The position numbers and the translations under genes are program-made. Under the pieces are notes generated by a model. That model was not told where the DNA came from and ran no database searches. It saw nothing but the letters and a program-made list of their open reading frames with translations. DNA of 64,000 nt from Callorhinchus milii. Lineage: Eukaryota. Positions 48,941-62,599 of the stretch are shown here, piece by piece (within the stretch, counting starts at the first letter, position 1; the number at the start of each line of letters is the position of its first letter). Location: positions 1,924,001-1,988,000 of the forward strand of contig NW_024704742.1 in NCBI RefSeq assembly GCF_018977255.1, given 5' to 3'.

Positions 48941-51344
48941 CTTTGGCTTCAAGCCAGCTTCGCAGAGACAGAAATGCGATCGGCATCCGGGTAAAAGTTC
49001 TGGAGGGACACAGACGAATACCTGCAGGATTTGTTATTCACCAATAATAAATTCACAAATTAGACCCCCAGTTTTCCCTTCTGTGGGCGGCTTTGCGCAG
49101 TTTGCCCAACAGCCAGATGTAGAGAGCTCCAGTGTCAGCCGCTACCTTTGTGCGTCAGGTTTAATATTTTATCTTAAAACTCAGGTAGAAATAAATTAGT
49201 CATGTCACATACACTGGAGCGGATGCGAGGATGCTTGAGTGCAGATGGCACAAAAGCAGCCTCAAGGTTCAACGCTGATTCAAACCACCTTCGAGCTCAC
49301 AGCCTCTCCCTCGTGAAAGCCCAAGCGGTGTTTTACTGCAAGGCTAAGCTAGAGGCCAAAACCATCTCCAAGGCTCTTGTTTTCTTCTGCTCTCCCCCCC
49401 CCCCCCCCCCCCCCCCCCACCTCCCCCACAGCACTCCATCATCACATCACATCCCAAATGCAAAGAGGTCAGGGATTTCCTCGCCAAACCCGCCATGAAA
49501 TGGCTGCACCCTGCAATAGTAAATGACTTCGCCATATGCTCACCCTGAAAAAAGGAGAGCCTTTTCCTGCAATAGTCTGTTTGCAGCTCTGGAAACTGCA
49601 CATTGTGAGAGTTTGTTTGGAGGATTGTGTATCTCTGAGTCCAACTGCAAGCTTCAGGTCAGAGTCAGTGGTTAGAACCGCATATCAATCTTGTAATAAT
49701 AATAATAATACTTGCATTTGAGACGTCTCAAAGCGCTTCACAGGATATACTGTGAAGTGGAGTGATTGTGACGAAATGGGGCAGCCAGTTTGCACACAGC
49801 AATGTCCCACAAACAGCCACGGAGTAAGTGACCTGTGAGATTTATTGATGCCAGGGCAGCTTGGCTGCCGAGTTTGCTTACAAATACGCAGTCAGTAGAT
49901 TTTCCAGCAATTGAAGTCTTTCAACCCACAACAACTTGACTTGCTCTGTCACATGAAACCTGGATAAAATGATCAGAAAACATTTAAGAGGGAATAAATG
50001 GCTTGGAGCTTCAGAGTGCATAGGAATGAATGGATTAGTCCAATGAAATAGGATATAAAAGTGGACAGTGAAGCTTTGTCATGTGTCAGTGGATTTTTTC
50101 TGAATCAGAGGATAATGAGATGTTAGTTGTTTTTCACACTCATTGCGTTTATGCAGAAATGCCTTTTTGCCACCTTTATTTAAAAAATAAACACCAGTCA
50201 AGGCTGAAATGAACCATATCCTTTATTGGCTGAAGAAATAATTGCAGAAAAACATATGGGATACACCTTCCATCTAATTTTACTCGTGAATATTTTATTC
50301 TTTTGAACGGTGTTCAATTCTACAGCGGATGCTTTCAACTTTCTAGTGGAGTGTAAGCTCCTGCACACTTAACTGTGTGATGTGATTTGCATTTGCAGGC
50401 TCATGTGAAAGACTGCACGCAGGAAGGAAAAAAAAAGCCTTTCCACTTGACGTCGAAATCCAATTGTCACAGAAGCTTTATCTGCAGGCCAGATATTAGC
50501 TGATTATAAATGTGAAGAGATTGCATGCCATTACAATGACAGTCCTCAGTCACAGGTTTTAAAACAATGGTCAGTGGATTGATTGGGATGCTTTATGTCT
50601 CTGAAACCTCTTAAATTAGTTCGCATCTCGTCTTCTCCCCTCTCCCGTGAGCAGGGGCTTTTACGTGACTTAAGTGTACCTGAGACAGAAGGCAGCCGTT
50701 TCGCCGAATGTTAGCTGGGCTGGAGTGGAATGGGATGCATGAGGAGGTGGATCGCACTCGATGCCTACAAATGAGAATTTCCGCTGCACCTGAATTGGAT
50801 TTATTTGTGGAAGAAGCAACAGGTTTCAATTTGACGCTGTTTCGCATAATGGAGGCCCGCATACGCATTCCCTTAGGAAGATTGGTTGGGAGCGCGCGCG
50901 ATGAGGCGGTTTGTTAACTTTGATTGTTGCTTGTGCGTGCAAGCCCTTTTGTCAACAAGAATAAATTGCATTTATCGAGCACTTTTCACGTCGGGAGGAT
51001 GCCCCAAGATGCTGGACAGTCGAGGGTTGGCACCCGTGTCAACATTCCCACTCACTGTCCGTCCTCTTCTGTTTTTCGGTGAGGTTCAGTGAATGAATGT
51101 CAGGTTGGCGTTTGTGAGACACAAGATTATTCCCCGCTTGTGTTGATCCAATCCTTTCAATTTCCACGGTCGTCTCGTCTCGTCTATGTGCCTTTGAGGC
51201 ATTCATTTTCCTGGTTTTCGAGTTGGGTTGCGTATCCATTTCCATGATTATCATGGGCTGTCAGTCTAACTTCTCTATTGCTGTGCCAGCCCAGTGGATC
51301 TATCTATCCAAGATTCCAATCTCACCTGTGAGGAACCGTTATCA

Positions 51345-51725
51345 TAAAAATAATAAACTTTGCAATTAATGTGGCGCTCTATCACATTGAAACATCTGAA
51401 AGCTTATCATGCGGAAACATCTCAAGGCACTTCACACAACAAGCTCTCTTGAAGTCTATGTCTGGAAACGTGGCAATAATCTGTGCCGGCAACAACTGCA
51501 AACTGCAATAAAATAAACCACCGATTGTTGCGTGACAACAATAATAATCCTTACATTTGATGTACTGCCTTTCACATCTGGGAATGCCTCGAAGCACTTC
51601 ACAGGGTAGTAATAATAATAACAATCCTTGCATTTGATATAGCGCCTTATCAAGTCGTCACGACGTCTCAAAGCTTCACAGGATATACTGTAAAGTGGAT
51701 TGACTCTGTATTTTGTGGGTGAAAT
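51345..51725 (-). mobile_element. Cluster of three stacked SINE 3' tails
   Basis: Reverse tails (ATAAT..CTTxCATTTGAT..) at ~51350, ~51540 and ~51615, all in the same orientation. Confidence 0.8.
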
Positions 51726-51944
51726 ACGGGTACACAATCCTTCACAGAACGATCTCCCAGATCAAAATCAAATTGGCGATTCACTTTGTGGCTGTTTGCG
51801 AGACATTGTTGGGTTCAAGTTGGCAGGAAATGGCAGCTTGTTTTATCGCTAAAATTTGAACAGCATTAAAATTCTAAATAAAAGTATGAGACTTGATGAC
51901 TGAGGCTTAGCAGTAGGTTCAAACAGTATGTGGAAGTCTGCCTC

Positions 51945-52612
51945 AAATGACCTGTTCTGCCTTCCCCGCCTCCACAACATTACTCGCTTCCGCCACTACC
52001 TCTACCATTAGGCCGCCAAGACCCTCATCCATGCCTTCAGCACGTCCAGGCTTGACTACTAACTCCCTGTTCGTCGGACTACTCATCTCTTCCCTCCACG
52101 AGCTGCAGATTATTCAGACCTCTGCAGCTCATGTCCTCTCCTGCACCCAACTCCATGACCCCTTTGTCCCCATTCTGCCCCGGCTTCACTGGCTCTCCAT
52201 CCCACAGAGGACCGAGTTTCAGATCCTTGTCCTCACTTTAAAAGCCCTCCTCGATCTTGCTCCTCCCTACCTCTGCAACCCACAAATACACCTTCTTGCT
52301 CCCTCTGCTCAGCGAGCACAGGCCTGCTCCGTCTCCCCCACCTTGCCCGCCCCACCATTAACGGTCATGCCTTCAGCCTTTCTACCCCCACCCACTGGAA
52401 CTCCATCCCTGGGTCTCTTCACCTCGCCCCCTCTCTTGCCTCCTTCAAACCCATCTCAAGACCTTCCTCTTTGACCGTGACTTCGGTCATTCTCCCAACC
52501 CCATCCCCGTTGGCCCCCACCTCTCTTGATTGCAACCCCAAGCTCGGGTGCAAAACCCATGGCTTTCCAGCGCTATAAGGCGCTATATGAATGCAATTTG
52601 TTTTTGTTGTTG
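51945..52612 (+). mobile_element. L2 LINE 3' end
   Basis: NSLFVGLLISSLHELQIIQTSAAHVLS..LHWLSIPQRTEFQILVLTLKALLDLAPPYL, ending in GCGCTATATGAATGCAA plus a TTG-rich tail. Confidence 0.92.
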
Positions 52613-55194
52613 TGAAACATACTAGGTTCAGTTTAACATGGGTTAGTGTCTCTGGCTTGGTAGGGTGGCAAACATTGGTTAGAACCAGGAAGCACTAGTG
52701 AAGTACATAGCGCAAGTGTTGAGTGACAGCTTGCTTAACACGGTTTCACTGTATGAGGGGTTGTCTATATTGGGTCACCTGTGGTGAGATTTGACCTCAT
52801 CCACCTTCTAAATGTCCTCTGACCTCATCGACCTCTAGTTTAGTAATGATGAAGCAATTGTGAAGGATTGGAGTTTCCACTGCACTTTTCAGCGAAGAGA
52901 AGGGCGTAGTTCTCCTGTAGCTCTCCCTGGAATGTTGTCGCAGCTATTGTATTTTCGCAAATCAAAGCGCTTCACAGGATACGCTGTGAAGTTCGTGACT
53001 GTGTGTTTTGTGGGCGGACCGCGGCAGCCAATTGCGCGCTATTGTACGATAATGAAGGATGACACTTTAGGACGTGTCGTCTGACCCTCCATCGTTTCTT
53101 TTTAAGAACTGCAGAAAACTGCTCCCAAATTGTTACTGAATTTTAAAATATTGCAGATTTCTGCACGACCTGAAAGAGTTGAGCCTTGAGGTGGGATTCC
53201 AGGGCCCTCTGTGGCTTATCCGGGGACTCTCCTGAAAACTGGATGTATGTCAACATTGAAGGAGGACGGGAGAGAGAATTGGGGGAAAAAAGAAAGCGAC
53301 TGTAGGAAATGTTAGCTTGCAGCCTCCAAATTGGTTTGCTCAAGAAGCAGTCTGGAGAGCATCCAAGCCGCGTTTTACGACGCAGAGAGTTTGGAAATTT
53401 TCAATCGTGCAATCTTCTGAACAATGAATTGCTATTACGTTGGACGTTTGAAAGCTTAAAACTGTGTTACGATTAAAGGGTTTGTTTGATTCCTTCATCT
53501 GTTGATTTCGAGACAGCTCCCAACATCGTTTCATGCTGCATTACCACACCTGTAACAATGTCTACCTGTTGCTCCAGCTTCTTGGATTGAAATATGAGGA
53601 TGGATTAAACCTGGTTCTGATTAGCCAAGAATTGTTTTGAATGCCTGTACCGTAAGCCCTTTCATCTTCGTACATCAGAGCTCTCACTGTGAAATCAAAA
53701 GCATTGCACCAAACATTAGAAAATAAATTGGAAATAGCATTAACTGTAACCAGAATTACAGTTCTCTTTAATGTAATGCAACTCAAAGATGCACAACTAT
53801 TGATAATTTAGCAGCTAGGAGTTTGTTTCAACGTGAGAGACGAGATACTTATTTCAATTTGAAGATAATTGTAAATTTCTTCTACTTTCATCCCCACTTC
53901 AGGACTTTGAACTCACAGTCTTCGCACGAGAGTCCCGTCTGCCTATACCGGTAGAAGTTAAAGATCGCAATGCACAGTAAAAAAAAAAGAGAAGGGAGTT
54001 TCTTCTGATATTGTGGCCAACAATCCCACAATTAAAAATGGTCGATCATTTCATGGCTGTTTGCTACATTTCTGTATGCAATTTGATGGCTTTGTTCATC
54101 CACGATATACAGTCACGCATCTCACAGTATATCCTGTGAAGCACTTTTAAGACGTACTCTACCGGCAAGGTATCAATTGTAAACATTATTATCTTTAATT
54201 CAACTGTTTCCTTTTCTGATTCAGTTTGGGGACCTGGTGACTCTGTTGTTTACTTATAAAATTATAATATGGAGAATACAAACCATCATTCTTCAACATG
54301 AATCACTTGACTAAGTGCTATTAATGTTCATTAATAAACAATGAGGAAAATTAAGAAAAGAGCTTGGGAAATGATGTGTGAATACATGTCTCTCGTGTCT
54401 TTAAAACCTTCAGTCAGTAAATATTTAATTTTTGTTATGAATTTAGAATGAATAAAGAGCTTGTTCGCAAAAACTCCGCAGCAGACAGGAGAGTCACTGG
54501 TGAAGTGAAGAGGTACATTATTGTAATAGAAGATTGCTGTGGTAAAAAAATCATTTGATATACATTAAATATTGCTTGTTTGTCTGACCTGCCCTGACCT
54601 AACAGTATTGTGGTACAGGCATCCTATTCTGACATGGTTTGCAGGTGGTATCGGCATGTACAAGCCAAGCGCACGTCCTTTGTTCCTTTAATTATACAAT
54701 TATAAATATTAATTTAATCGTGTCAAGGCATAAAATAAAAGCTGCCTCTGATTGTCTCACTTATGAAGGTGCAAGAAAACTGTCAACTGGGCATTTGTCC
54801 TCAGTTATTGAACGCCTGAAATTTGGATCGTGGTAAAACTGAAGCCCAGATACAATGGGGAAGGATTTTGGCCTTTGTTTTCGCCCCATATAGATCTGGT
54901 CTGGATGTCGTTTGCTGTCACCCGTCTCAATATATATTAAATAGAACCTTCTACGCACCTTTTTTTTCCCCCCACCAGTCATGCACAAAATCCTTCTGGA
55001 TTCAGCTGCTGAATACTGATTCCCACTTTGTGGAACAAAGTGTTTCCGTGGTAATGCAGCGCAGTTGTGCCAGTGAGAGGCCCTCTTTGCATCTATTACA
55101 ATAATGTTTTTATTTGAGCAAGAGGGTGCACTCAGTTTTGTTTCAGTTGTGCCCATATAATAATTCTGTGAGTTGACCCATAGCACGGACCGAA

Positions 55195-55960
55195 CGACGA
55201 CAACAACTCGCACTTACATAGCGCCCTCCACTCAGGGTAGCGTCTCAGAGCGGTTAATAGTGGCGGAGCCTGACTCTGAGCCGGGGGCAGGTGACCGTAA
55301 GTACGGTCGGAAGAGGAAGGTTTTCAGGCGGGACTTGAAAAAAGGGAGAGCGGAAGGATTGAGGGAGAGCGTTCCAGAGTTTCGGGGCGGAGCGGCTGAA
55401 AGCGACCTCCGATGGTGGGGGCAGAGGGTGTGAGGGACGAGCAAAGCTGGGGCCAGTCGAGCGGAGGCACTGGGCGGGTGTATTGCAGAGGGAGGGAGGG
55501 AGGGAACGAGGGATTTGAACACAAGAGTGTGAGGAGGATCTTGAGGTCGATCCATTCGGTGATGGGGAGCCAGTAGAGCCTGGGCCAGAGCTGGTGAGAT
55601 GTGGGGACGGAGTTTGGTTGGGGTCAGTCTGTAGGCGGCAGAGTTCTGAATGAGCTGATCTTGTGAACGGTGGAGTTGGGGAGATCGGCGAAGAGTGCGT
55701 TTGAGTAATCCAGGCGGGAGGCGACAAACGCATGCACGAGGGTTTCGGCTGCAGTTGGGGTAAAGTACGGTCGGAGGCGGGCAATGTGGCGAAAGTGGAG
55801 GAAAGCGGTCCTGGTCAGGGACCAGATGTGGGGGAGAAAGGACAGCTGGGGATCGAATCAGATGCCAAGATTGCACACTGGTTCGGTGAGTCAGAGGGAG
55901 AGCCCAGGGAGGATGAGGAGTTCAGATCCGCAGGAGTGAAGGTGTTGACAGGAGCCAAGG
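55195..55960 (-). mobile_element. L2 LINE 3' end
   Basis: QLIQNSAAYRLTPTK..HISPAL, AFSRSAPKLWNALP and FKSRLKTFLF; reverse tail with (GTT/GTC)n. Confidence 0.92.
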
Positions 55961-56429
55961 AACTTGTGTTTTACTATAAGTATAAACGTACACTGAAGTA
56001 TTTGGTTCGTTGGTTGAACCAGATGTGGGAAGAGTTTGTATCGTGGTTGAATCCACGAGGAACACCAGTTGATGTGTGAAAATGATTCTGCCCCAAACCA
56101 TGTTGTCATTTTCAAAGCCATCCCTGAAGCTTCTGCTCATTAAAATGTAGGATCACCAGAGAGCAGTGAAACACATCTTGCTCTGGGTGAGATGAACATT
56201 TGCAGACTCATTTTCCTTTTAATGGGNAAAAAATAAAGCTTTACGAGGTCAAAGAGACGTTTGTCCAAATATAAACATTTCAGGGCAGGTGTTAGGAAAA
56301 TGTGTTAAACTTTCAATTTGTAAACCCAGCGATTTAAATTTTTTCTGACAATTCAGTCTTGGTGAATCATTAGCCTTGCGATTTAAAGCCAGTTATGTTG
56401 TCCCTTTGCAAAACTACAATTGTAGACTT

Positions 56430-56803
56430 GCAGATAGATTCAAGCCCTATGTCGAAACTCCCAACAGTTTAGGCTGACACTTCAATGCGATGCTAGGGGT
56501 GTGCTGCGTTGTTGGAGGTGCTGTCCGTCAGATGAGACATTAAACTATGGTCCGATTTACCCATTCAGGTCGACATTAAAGAATAGTTCCATGAATACTT
56601 CCAGCCCGCGATTCAAAAAGAGAAGGGTGTTTCTTCCGATGTCCAGGCCAAGAATCCCTCCAACAATGTTGGTTATTTATATACTTCATGGCTATTTATG
56701 GGACATTGCTGATTGCAAATTGGTTACCGCGTCTGTCTATAAATCCACAGTCACAACACTTTACAGTAAATCACGTAATATCAAATCTAAGGATTGTTAT
56801 TAT
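56430..56803 (+). mobile_element. SacSINE1-like SINE
   Basis: AGGCTGACACTTCAATGCG..GGAGGTGCTGTCCGTCAGATGAGACATTAAAC, core ATGGGACATTGCTGATTGCAAATTGG, tail ATCAAATCTAAGGATTGTTATT. Confidence 0.8.
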
Positions 56804-58187
56804 CCATGATTGCTCAAATAGAAACACTTTTTGACTGGTAGAATTGTATAATTGTATATCGGAACAAGAGGAGGCCATTCAGTCCATCAAACCATTGTTA
56901 TGTCAGGTTATTCGATCGGATCTTTGAGCCCATTTCTTTGCACTTGGAGCTGTCTTCGTCACATAGATGTTTTCTCTATACGATTAATATTTTAAACATT
57001 GCAGTTGATTTGCCTGCAGCATCTTCCCTGACAGAGTATTCCACTAACGAGGAGTGTTCTCAATGTGAGCCATGTTCCCAGAAGGAACATGTATGCCATG
57101 AGCTTCTTCATGTTGGCAGTCATCTCTTCCTTTACTGTTTTTCTCCTGATAGCCAGCGGGAGACTGCAACACAAGCCGTTGGAACTGGTCTAACCAATGA
57201 CCGAGACAGGGAGATCTTATGGTGGAGGAGCAAGTTCAAAATAATTATCTGACTAACATCTGACAATAATGAAGCATGGAATACTGCCATCAGGGCAGTA
57301 ATTTTGAACCAGTACAATCCAATACAAAATTACATTTGTAAAGCGCCTTTCACGTCGGGAGGACTTCCCAAAACCCTGAAGAGTCGGAGTGATGTGGGTG
57401 GGTGTGGTGGGACCACAAGCGAAAGGAATGTGCCAATAGGGATGTCAGTCACTTTGCTGAATTGGTAGATCGAAAGATGACCAATAATAAGTTGGCATTT
57501 GACTGAGTCCCCCTGTGTTATCCATATTTAATTATTTTGCCTTAATGCGGTAAATTGAGTCGGCAAATTGATTGTGATCACAAGAGGACTTCAACACACA
57601 TGATGTTCTTTCATTTCTGAGAAAAAAGCACTTCACGGGGCTGCGTACAAATTTCCTCCAGCGTGTTGGTTTGACCTCACTCTCTTGAGTAATGCAACAT
57701 CAGAATTATTATGAATAGTGCCAATTCAATGTTTTTGCAGGTGTCTTGTTAGCCACTAATATTCGAAAGGTCAGCGGGAATAGATTTTGTATTCAAATGC
57801 AAAGCATGTGCACCACAGGGAGCTAGAGATTTGTGGGGAATTGTCACCCAGTGGAACATGCGATGCAGTCAGTTCCCATTGAGATTAATTTGCGAGTGTT
57901 CTTTAAATATTAAACACGAACAAAGGCGGTGACGAATGGCAGCTAGAAATCCGTAATGATTAACTGATTTATGTGACTGTAACCGAAGAATTTCTGTTTA
58001 TGTTTTCGGCTTTCTTTTCCCCAGGTATCTCAATGATCAGATGAGAACAAATGCAGATTATTCCCTCTGTGGACAGACCGAGCTGCTCTCTGTAACCCCC
58101 GTTTCCTCTTCAAGCAGTACTAGAAGTGCACATCTTGCAGCTGCTGATACTGCTATTTCCAACTCTGTGCCTGTCGAGTTATGCCCA

Positions 58188-58210
58188 ACACACACACACA
58201 CACACACACA
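58188..58210. repeat. (CA)n microsatellite
   Basis: Read directly. Confidence 0.9.
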
Positions 58211-58276
58211 GAGGATAAATTGCAGGGAGATTCGTCACAAGGCTAAGTTGCAAGGGGTTACAAAATTCTTACTTTT

Positions 58277-58662
58277 GTGGAGTCCTGTAGCTCAGTGGTT
58301 AGAGCACTCGCCTCGCAAGCGAGAGGACCTGGGTTTGATTCCCGGCAGGGCGAAACCTCGGGCAAGTTTCCTTCCTCCACACGCCTGTTTCCCTAGCAAT
58401 AAGTAGGAACCCGGTTGTTAGTCGATTGGTGGATGGCTTTTCCGGGGATAATAATCCCTAAAAAAATAATCATTTGGTCACTCAATCCACGACAGTTTGT
58501 GGGACACTGCTGTGCACAATTGGCTGCCGCGTTCCGCCCACAAATATACATATATATACACATATGCACAAATATAATTCACTTTACAGTACATTCTGTG
58601 AAGCGCTTTGAGACGTCTAGAAGACGTGATAAGGCGCTATATCAAATGCAAGGATTATTATA
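58277..58662 (+). mobile_element. Best-preserved full-length tRNA-Ala(CGC) Deu-core SINE, long variant
   Basis: GTGGAGTCCTGTAGCTCAGTGGTTAGAGCACTCGCCTCGCAAGCGAGAGGACCTGGGTTTGATTCCCGG, then extra block, core GTGGGACACTGCTGTGCACAATTGGCTGCCGCG and tail. Confidence 0.95.
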
Positions 58663-58664
58663 AC

Positions 58665-59300
58665 TTGTACTGAATTAGACAAGGTAACCGCTAAAATCTG
58701 ATACAGTTGTAATGTCTTGTGCGGATTCTTTATTCTGCATATCCGGGCTTGCCGATACCGCAAAGCTAGATATTGTAATATTGTAGAGAGAACAGCAGAA
58801 AATTGCTCAGGGAAATAGATTAAGCAAATGGTCAATTGTGTTTAACTACAAATTGCGATGTTGTAGACTTTGGATGCAGCAACGAGAATAAATCTGTACC
58901 AGGGAGCACTCAAGTCACATAATCAAGTGGTATGGGGGAAAAAGTACATTAGTCAGTTGTAGTTTGTGGGCACAAACATTGAAGCTAATAAGTCCTGGTC
59001 TTTATAATGAGAAGCCTGAAATATGAAAGCAAGGAAATGCTGCTGGAATGAGTATAGAGAGTGGGAGTCAGACCTTGTTAGAAGTTGCGTGTTCAGTTTG
59101 CGCACCTAATCTTTGGATGTTTGTGTGATCGATACCTACGATGAGAGACTGGGGAGCTGAGGGGGTTATATTTCTTAGGACTGAGGGCAAAGGGGGGGAT
59201 GCGGAACACCCTTCCCTCAATGGAGGGAACCAAAAACAAGCATGTGTGCCTTTTACAATTGATCTATAGAAGATCAAGGAATTTGAACGTCAGATCAGGT
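58665..59300 (+). mobile_element. Strongly decayed CR1 RT fragment
   Basis: GCCGATACCGCAAAGCTAG (ADDTKL-like), GAAATATGAAAGCAAGGAAATGCTGCTG..GTCAGACC..TTAGAAG (KYESKE..VRP.LE-like). Confidence 0.55.
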
Positions 59301-61164
59301 GGATAATACAATTCAAATTATAATACAAATTTACATATATATATATATATATAGCGCCTTTCAGGTTGGGAGGACATCCCCAAGGAGCTTATTAAAATTA
59401 TTATTTATTAATTTTATTAAAATTAAAGATGTGTTAGCACTGCCTCAGCGAAGGCATGCAGAGAGCTCCCTACACTGGGCAATATTACTCCCTCTATCAA
59501 ATCCAGGCAAATCACGTCGTCATTCGTTTATATTGCAGCTTTGTTTGTGGGAGGTTGCCAGAGCTAATTAGCAGTCATTTTGCCAACTCAAGTCACACGA
59601 GGGCAGCGTTTGTAATGTTCCTTAACCTGTTTTGTCACCGATTTACGATTGCCTGGCTTATCGCGTATTGGATGACCTTTGTAGCCCCTTTCTTGGTTAC
59701 TACAAATGTCAGTGACACCTGGCTTTGCTCCTTCGGGGCTTGTTCTGGGGCACATACTAATTACGTGGATGGAAATGATCAAGTTCACACCCAGCCTGGC
59801 CCGTGACAAAACACCTGGAAATCGCTTTTCAGTCTCTTCAAAAATAAGAGCAGGTATTTATTCATCGGCCATGACACCAGCTCCTTTTTTTCCATTTGAA
59901 GAACTGGCTTTCAATTCATGATGCTAAACGGTTATTGTTAATATGTACACTTTAGGATGTAGATTTTTTTAAATTAGCAAGTGAAAGAAAAAGACAAAAC
60001 AGCAAAAGCAGGAGAGTGCGATCAACTCAGCCAGACTGACACGTCGAAATGGAGGAGTGACAACAGAGGGCACACAAGTAATTCTATAAAGCATTGCGCA
60101 GCTGTGCATATACAGTATATATATTTAAATGTATTCATTTGAACAGCACTGTAAAAGTAGACGTGTGTGTGCCAAGCTCTGCGGCTGATACTGTAGAATC
60201 TCCCCTGGGGTATAACTGATGGAAAGACTGACTGCCTCTTCTGTTTTCATCAGCTGTACAGTCTGCCGCAATATCGAACTTGTGCAAGCGCTCATTCACA
60301 CAGTTAAAAGGATCAGTCTATCTGTTCAAACCAATTGCAGTTGATGAGCTCTGGTAATTAGCAGGATTTAACCAGCTCTCAGCTCATTTTGTTAGGTCGG
60401 TCACACCTATTTAGCCCCAGATTGATTATACTGACGGCAGATTCTGATTTAATTTAGCGCTGAAACGGGCAAATGTGGAGCCAGCAAAAGAATCGCCAGT
60501 TTTGGCCTAATCCTACTCAGAAGAAGCTCTCATTACCTCAGCGCACACTAGGGTTACACAGGGGACACCAGCAGCTTGGATTAGAGTATTTTAATCATAT
60601 CCACTGACTTTCAGGAAAAAAATGAAATATTGGAGGGGAGGGGTAGTGTAATTGTGGCTTGTGGTATGATAACTACAACCGGTGATTACTCTCCCATCAA
60701 ACGCAGCATTTTTTTCCATTCGATTACTTTTCATCAAATCATTTAAGTTTTTTTTATTAAAAAGTCCGAAAAAATCATGCCAGCCGCCTGTCACTAAAAA
60801 CATGAAATATTGGATGAGAACGAAAGGGGGAAAATGCAATAACAAAATGTGCTGATTATAACCACCGATAACTATCGCATTGTGCACCGTACTTTGGATG
60901 AATAAATATCAATGTAAATATGTCTTTGAGGATGGGGGAGAATAGAATCACAAAAAGGATCTTTTGTCCATTGGTCTTCAAATGCAAATAATTCTATAAG
61001 CCATAAATGTCTGGTGAGTACATCGACATGAACTGAAGCAATCCTCTTGAGAGGATTTGACTGCATTACCATTTCTTTGCGTCGCATTGCCACTGATAAG
61101 AACACGCAGCATTGTGGTAACATCCTTCCCTCCCTGGAACATGCCTTTAGTGACTTACAATAGG

Positions 61165-61450
61165 AATTTACATTTATATAGCGCCTTTCATCTCGGGAGG
61201 GTGTCTCGAGGCCCTTGACGGTCCTGGCTGAGGAAGGGGCAAGATGACCGAAGGCGCGGTCAAAGCGGTAGGTCCTGAGATGGACCTTGAACAAAGTGAG
61301 GAAGCGAGCGTGAGAGTCGGAGTCTAGGGGTTCCAGAGAGAGGAGGCAGATGAGCTGAAAGCCCAACCACCGATAGTTGAGCGGGTAGGGCAGAGGACAC
61401 GAAGCCAATACATGCTGACTGACTGGTTGGAGGAGGTTGAAGAGGTTGGG
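61165..61450 (-). mobile_element. L2 LINE 3' end
   Basis: STIGGWAFSSSASSLWNP and FKVHLRTYRFDRAF, plus reverse tail. Confidence 0.85.
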
Positions 61451-61734
61451 TGCAACCCAACATAAAGGGAGCTTCTCCCGTTGTCCTGGCACAACAGTCC
61501 CCCACTTAAAATTTCACTGACTGAGGAATATGGTGAGAAAGGAGGAAGGTCGGGTTCCAATCAGTCAGAAAAGAGCCAGGTTTCTTGAGCTAGATAGCTC
61601 TTTACGACCCCTAATAACTTCCTGTGTTGAGTTCCAAGGCATTTTGGCCCACAAGAGAGTTAAAAGAAACAGCACCACCTCATATCAGAGAAATAACAGC
61701 ACATCAACATAGGTTGGTGCTGGTTCCCCAATAG

Positions 61735-61858
61735 GACACAAAACGTACAGTCAATTCACTTTGCAATGTATTCTGTGAAGCGCTGTGAGTCGTCTCGGAG
61801 ACGTGATAAGACGCTATATCAAACGCAAGGATTATTATTATTATTATTATTATTATTA
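61735..61858 (+). mobile_element. SINE 3' tail with long (ATT)n
   Basis: CAGTCAATTCACTTTGCAATGTATTCTGTGAAGCGC..ATCAAACGCAAGG(ATT)n. Confidence 0.85.
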
Positions 61859-62599
61859 CCTTCTCTAATTCCAGTTCTCTGTTCTTTCTTAAAATGCTTT
61901 AACACTCTTTCTCTTTAATTGTTTGTCCAAGTCTCTTTTGTTCAATACTGTTTTGGCCTTCTGAATACTGCGAAGCAGCGTTAGTGACTATTCAGCTCAG
62001 ATTTTCAGCTCAGACAATGGTGAAGAGGCTAAAAACGCAAATGGAGAGGGAAGGAAGTATAGCATTAAATCCAACAATAAGGAAGGTCCCTGAATTAAAT
62101 AGCTGTGACGTGCCTCTCGTCAACCAAGAGTTGGTGAATCCGATACACCGTGGCACAGTTGCAGTACTTTTGCGAAGAAATATGGTGCTAGGATTCTTCT
62201 ACAGTGTTCTGCTCTTCTGGACTCCGAAAGAGGTGTAATTGAAAGTTACACATCTTGTTTTTTTTTTTGCAAATCTCACAGAGTACGTGTAAGATGGAAA
62301 CCAGACAAGATGAAGCATGTTCAATCATAGCGTAGACTGTTCCAATGCCATTCCAGCTGTTCCAACACGTGCTGGTATTAGGGAGAGAGTACTCTCGTAT
62401 ATGGATGTTGGCCGCTGACCTCTTGAATGAAGGGCTGCAGGATTAATTGTACTGTAACCAGAAAAAAGGTGCGAAGATGCAGAGTGAAACATTTAAGATT
62501 TGATGTGGCTTCCCCTTGCACCACTTTGCCTTCTACAGTTAAAATTTGGCACTCTTCAAAAACCACCATTATTAAAATCGTCCAATTCAGGATAATAAT

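Noticed and set aside
55232..55876. Longest ORFs in the track (214 aa here; also 60872-61492, 48117-48668, 51947-52474)
   Set aside because: They overlap L2/CR1/SINE remnants or low-complexity DNA and are not host genes.
56227..56227. Single ambiguous base (n)
   Set aside because: Assembly ambiguity at a homopolymer boundary with no biological meaning.
58025..58180. Good acceptor followed by a frame containing QTELL, like CCSER1 STQTELL
   Set aside because: In the phase needed after exon 24001-24081 it reads GTA TCT CAA TGA (stop). The QTELL frame is out of phase, has no fitting donor, and the rest does not match.
58279..58350. tRNA-Ala(CGC)-like sequence (also at 1-92, 9307, 13880, 36924, 43318)
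   Set aside because: It has A/B boxes and an anticodon arm, but no closing acceptor stem, and it continues into the SINE body and tail. These are SINE heads, not tRNA genes.
62015..62060. TMVKRLKTQMEREG, loosely like a short CCSER1 exon
   Set aside because: Weak similarity, poor donor, frame-incompatible length, and the exon that should precede it was not found.
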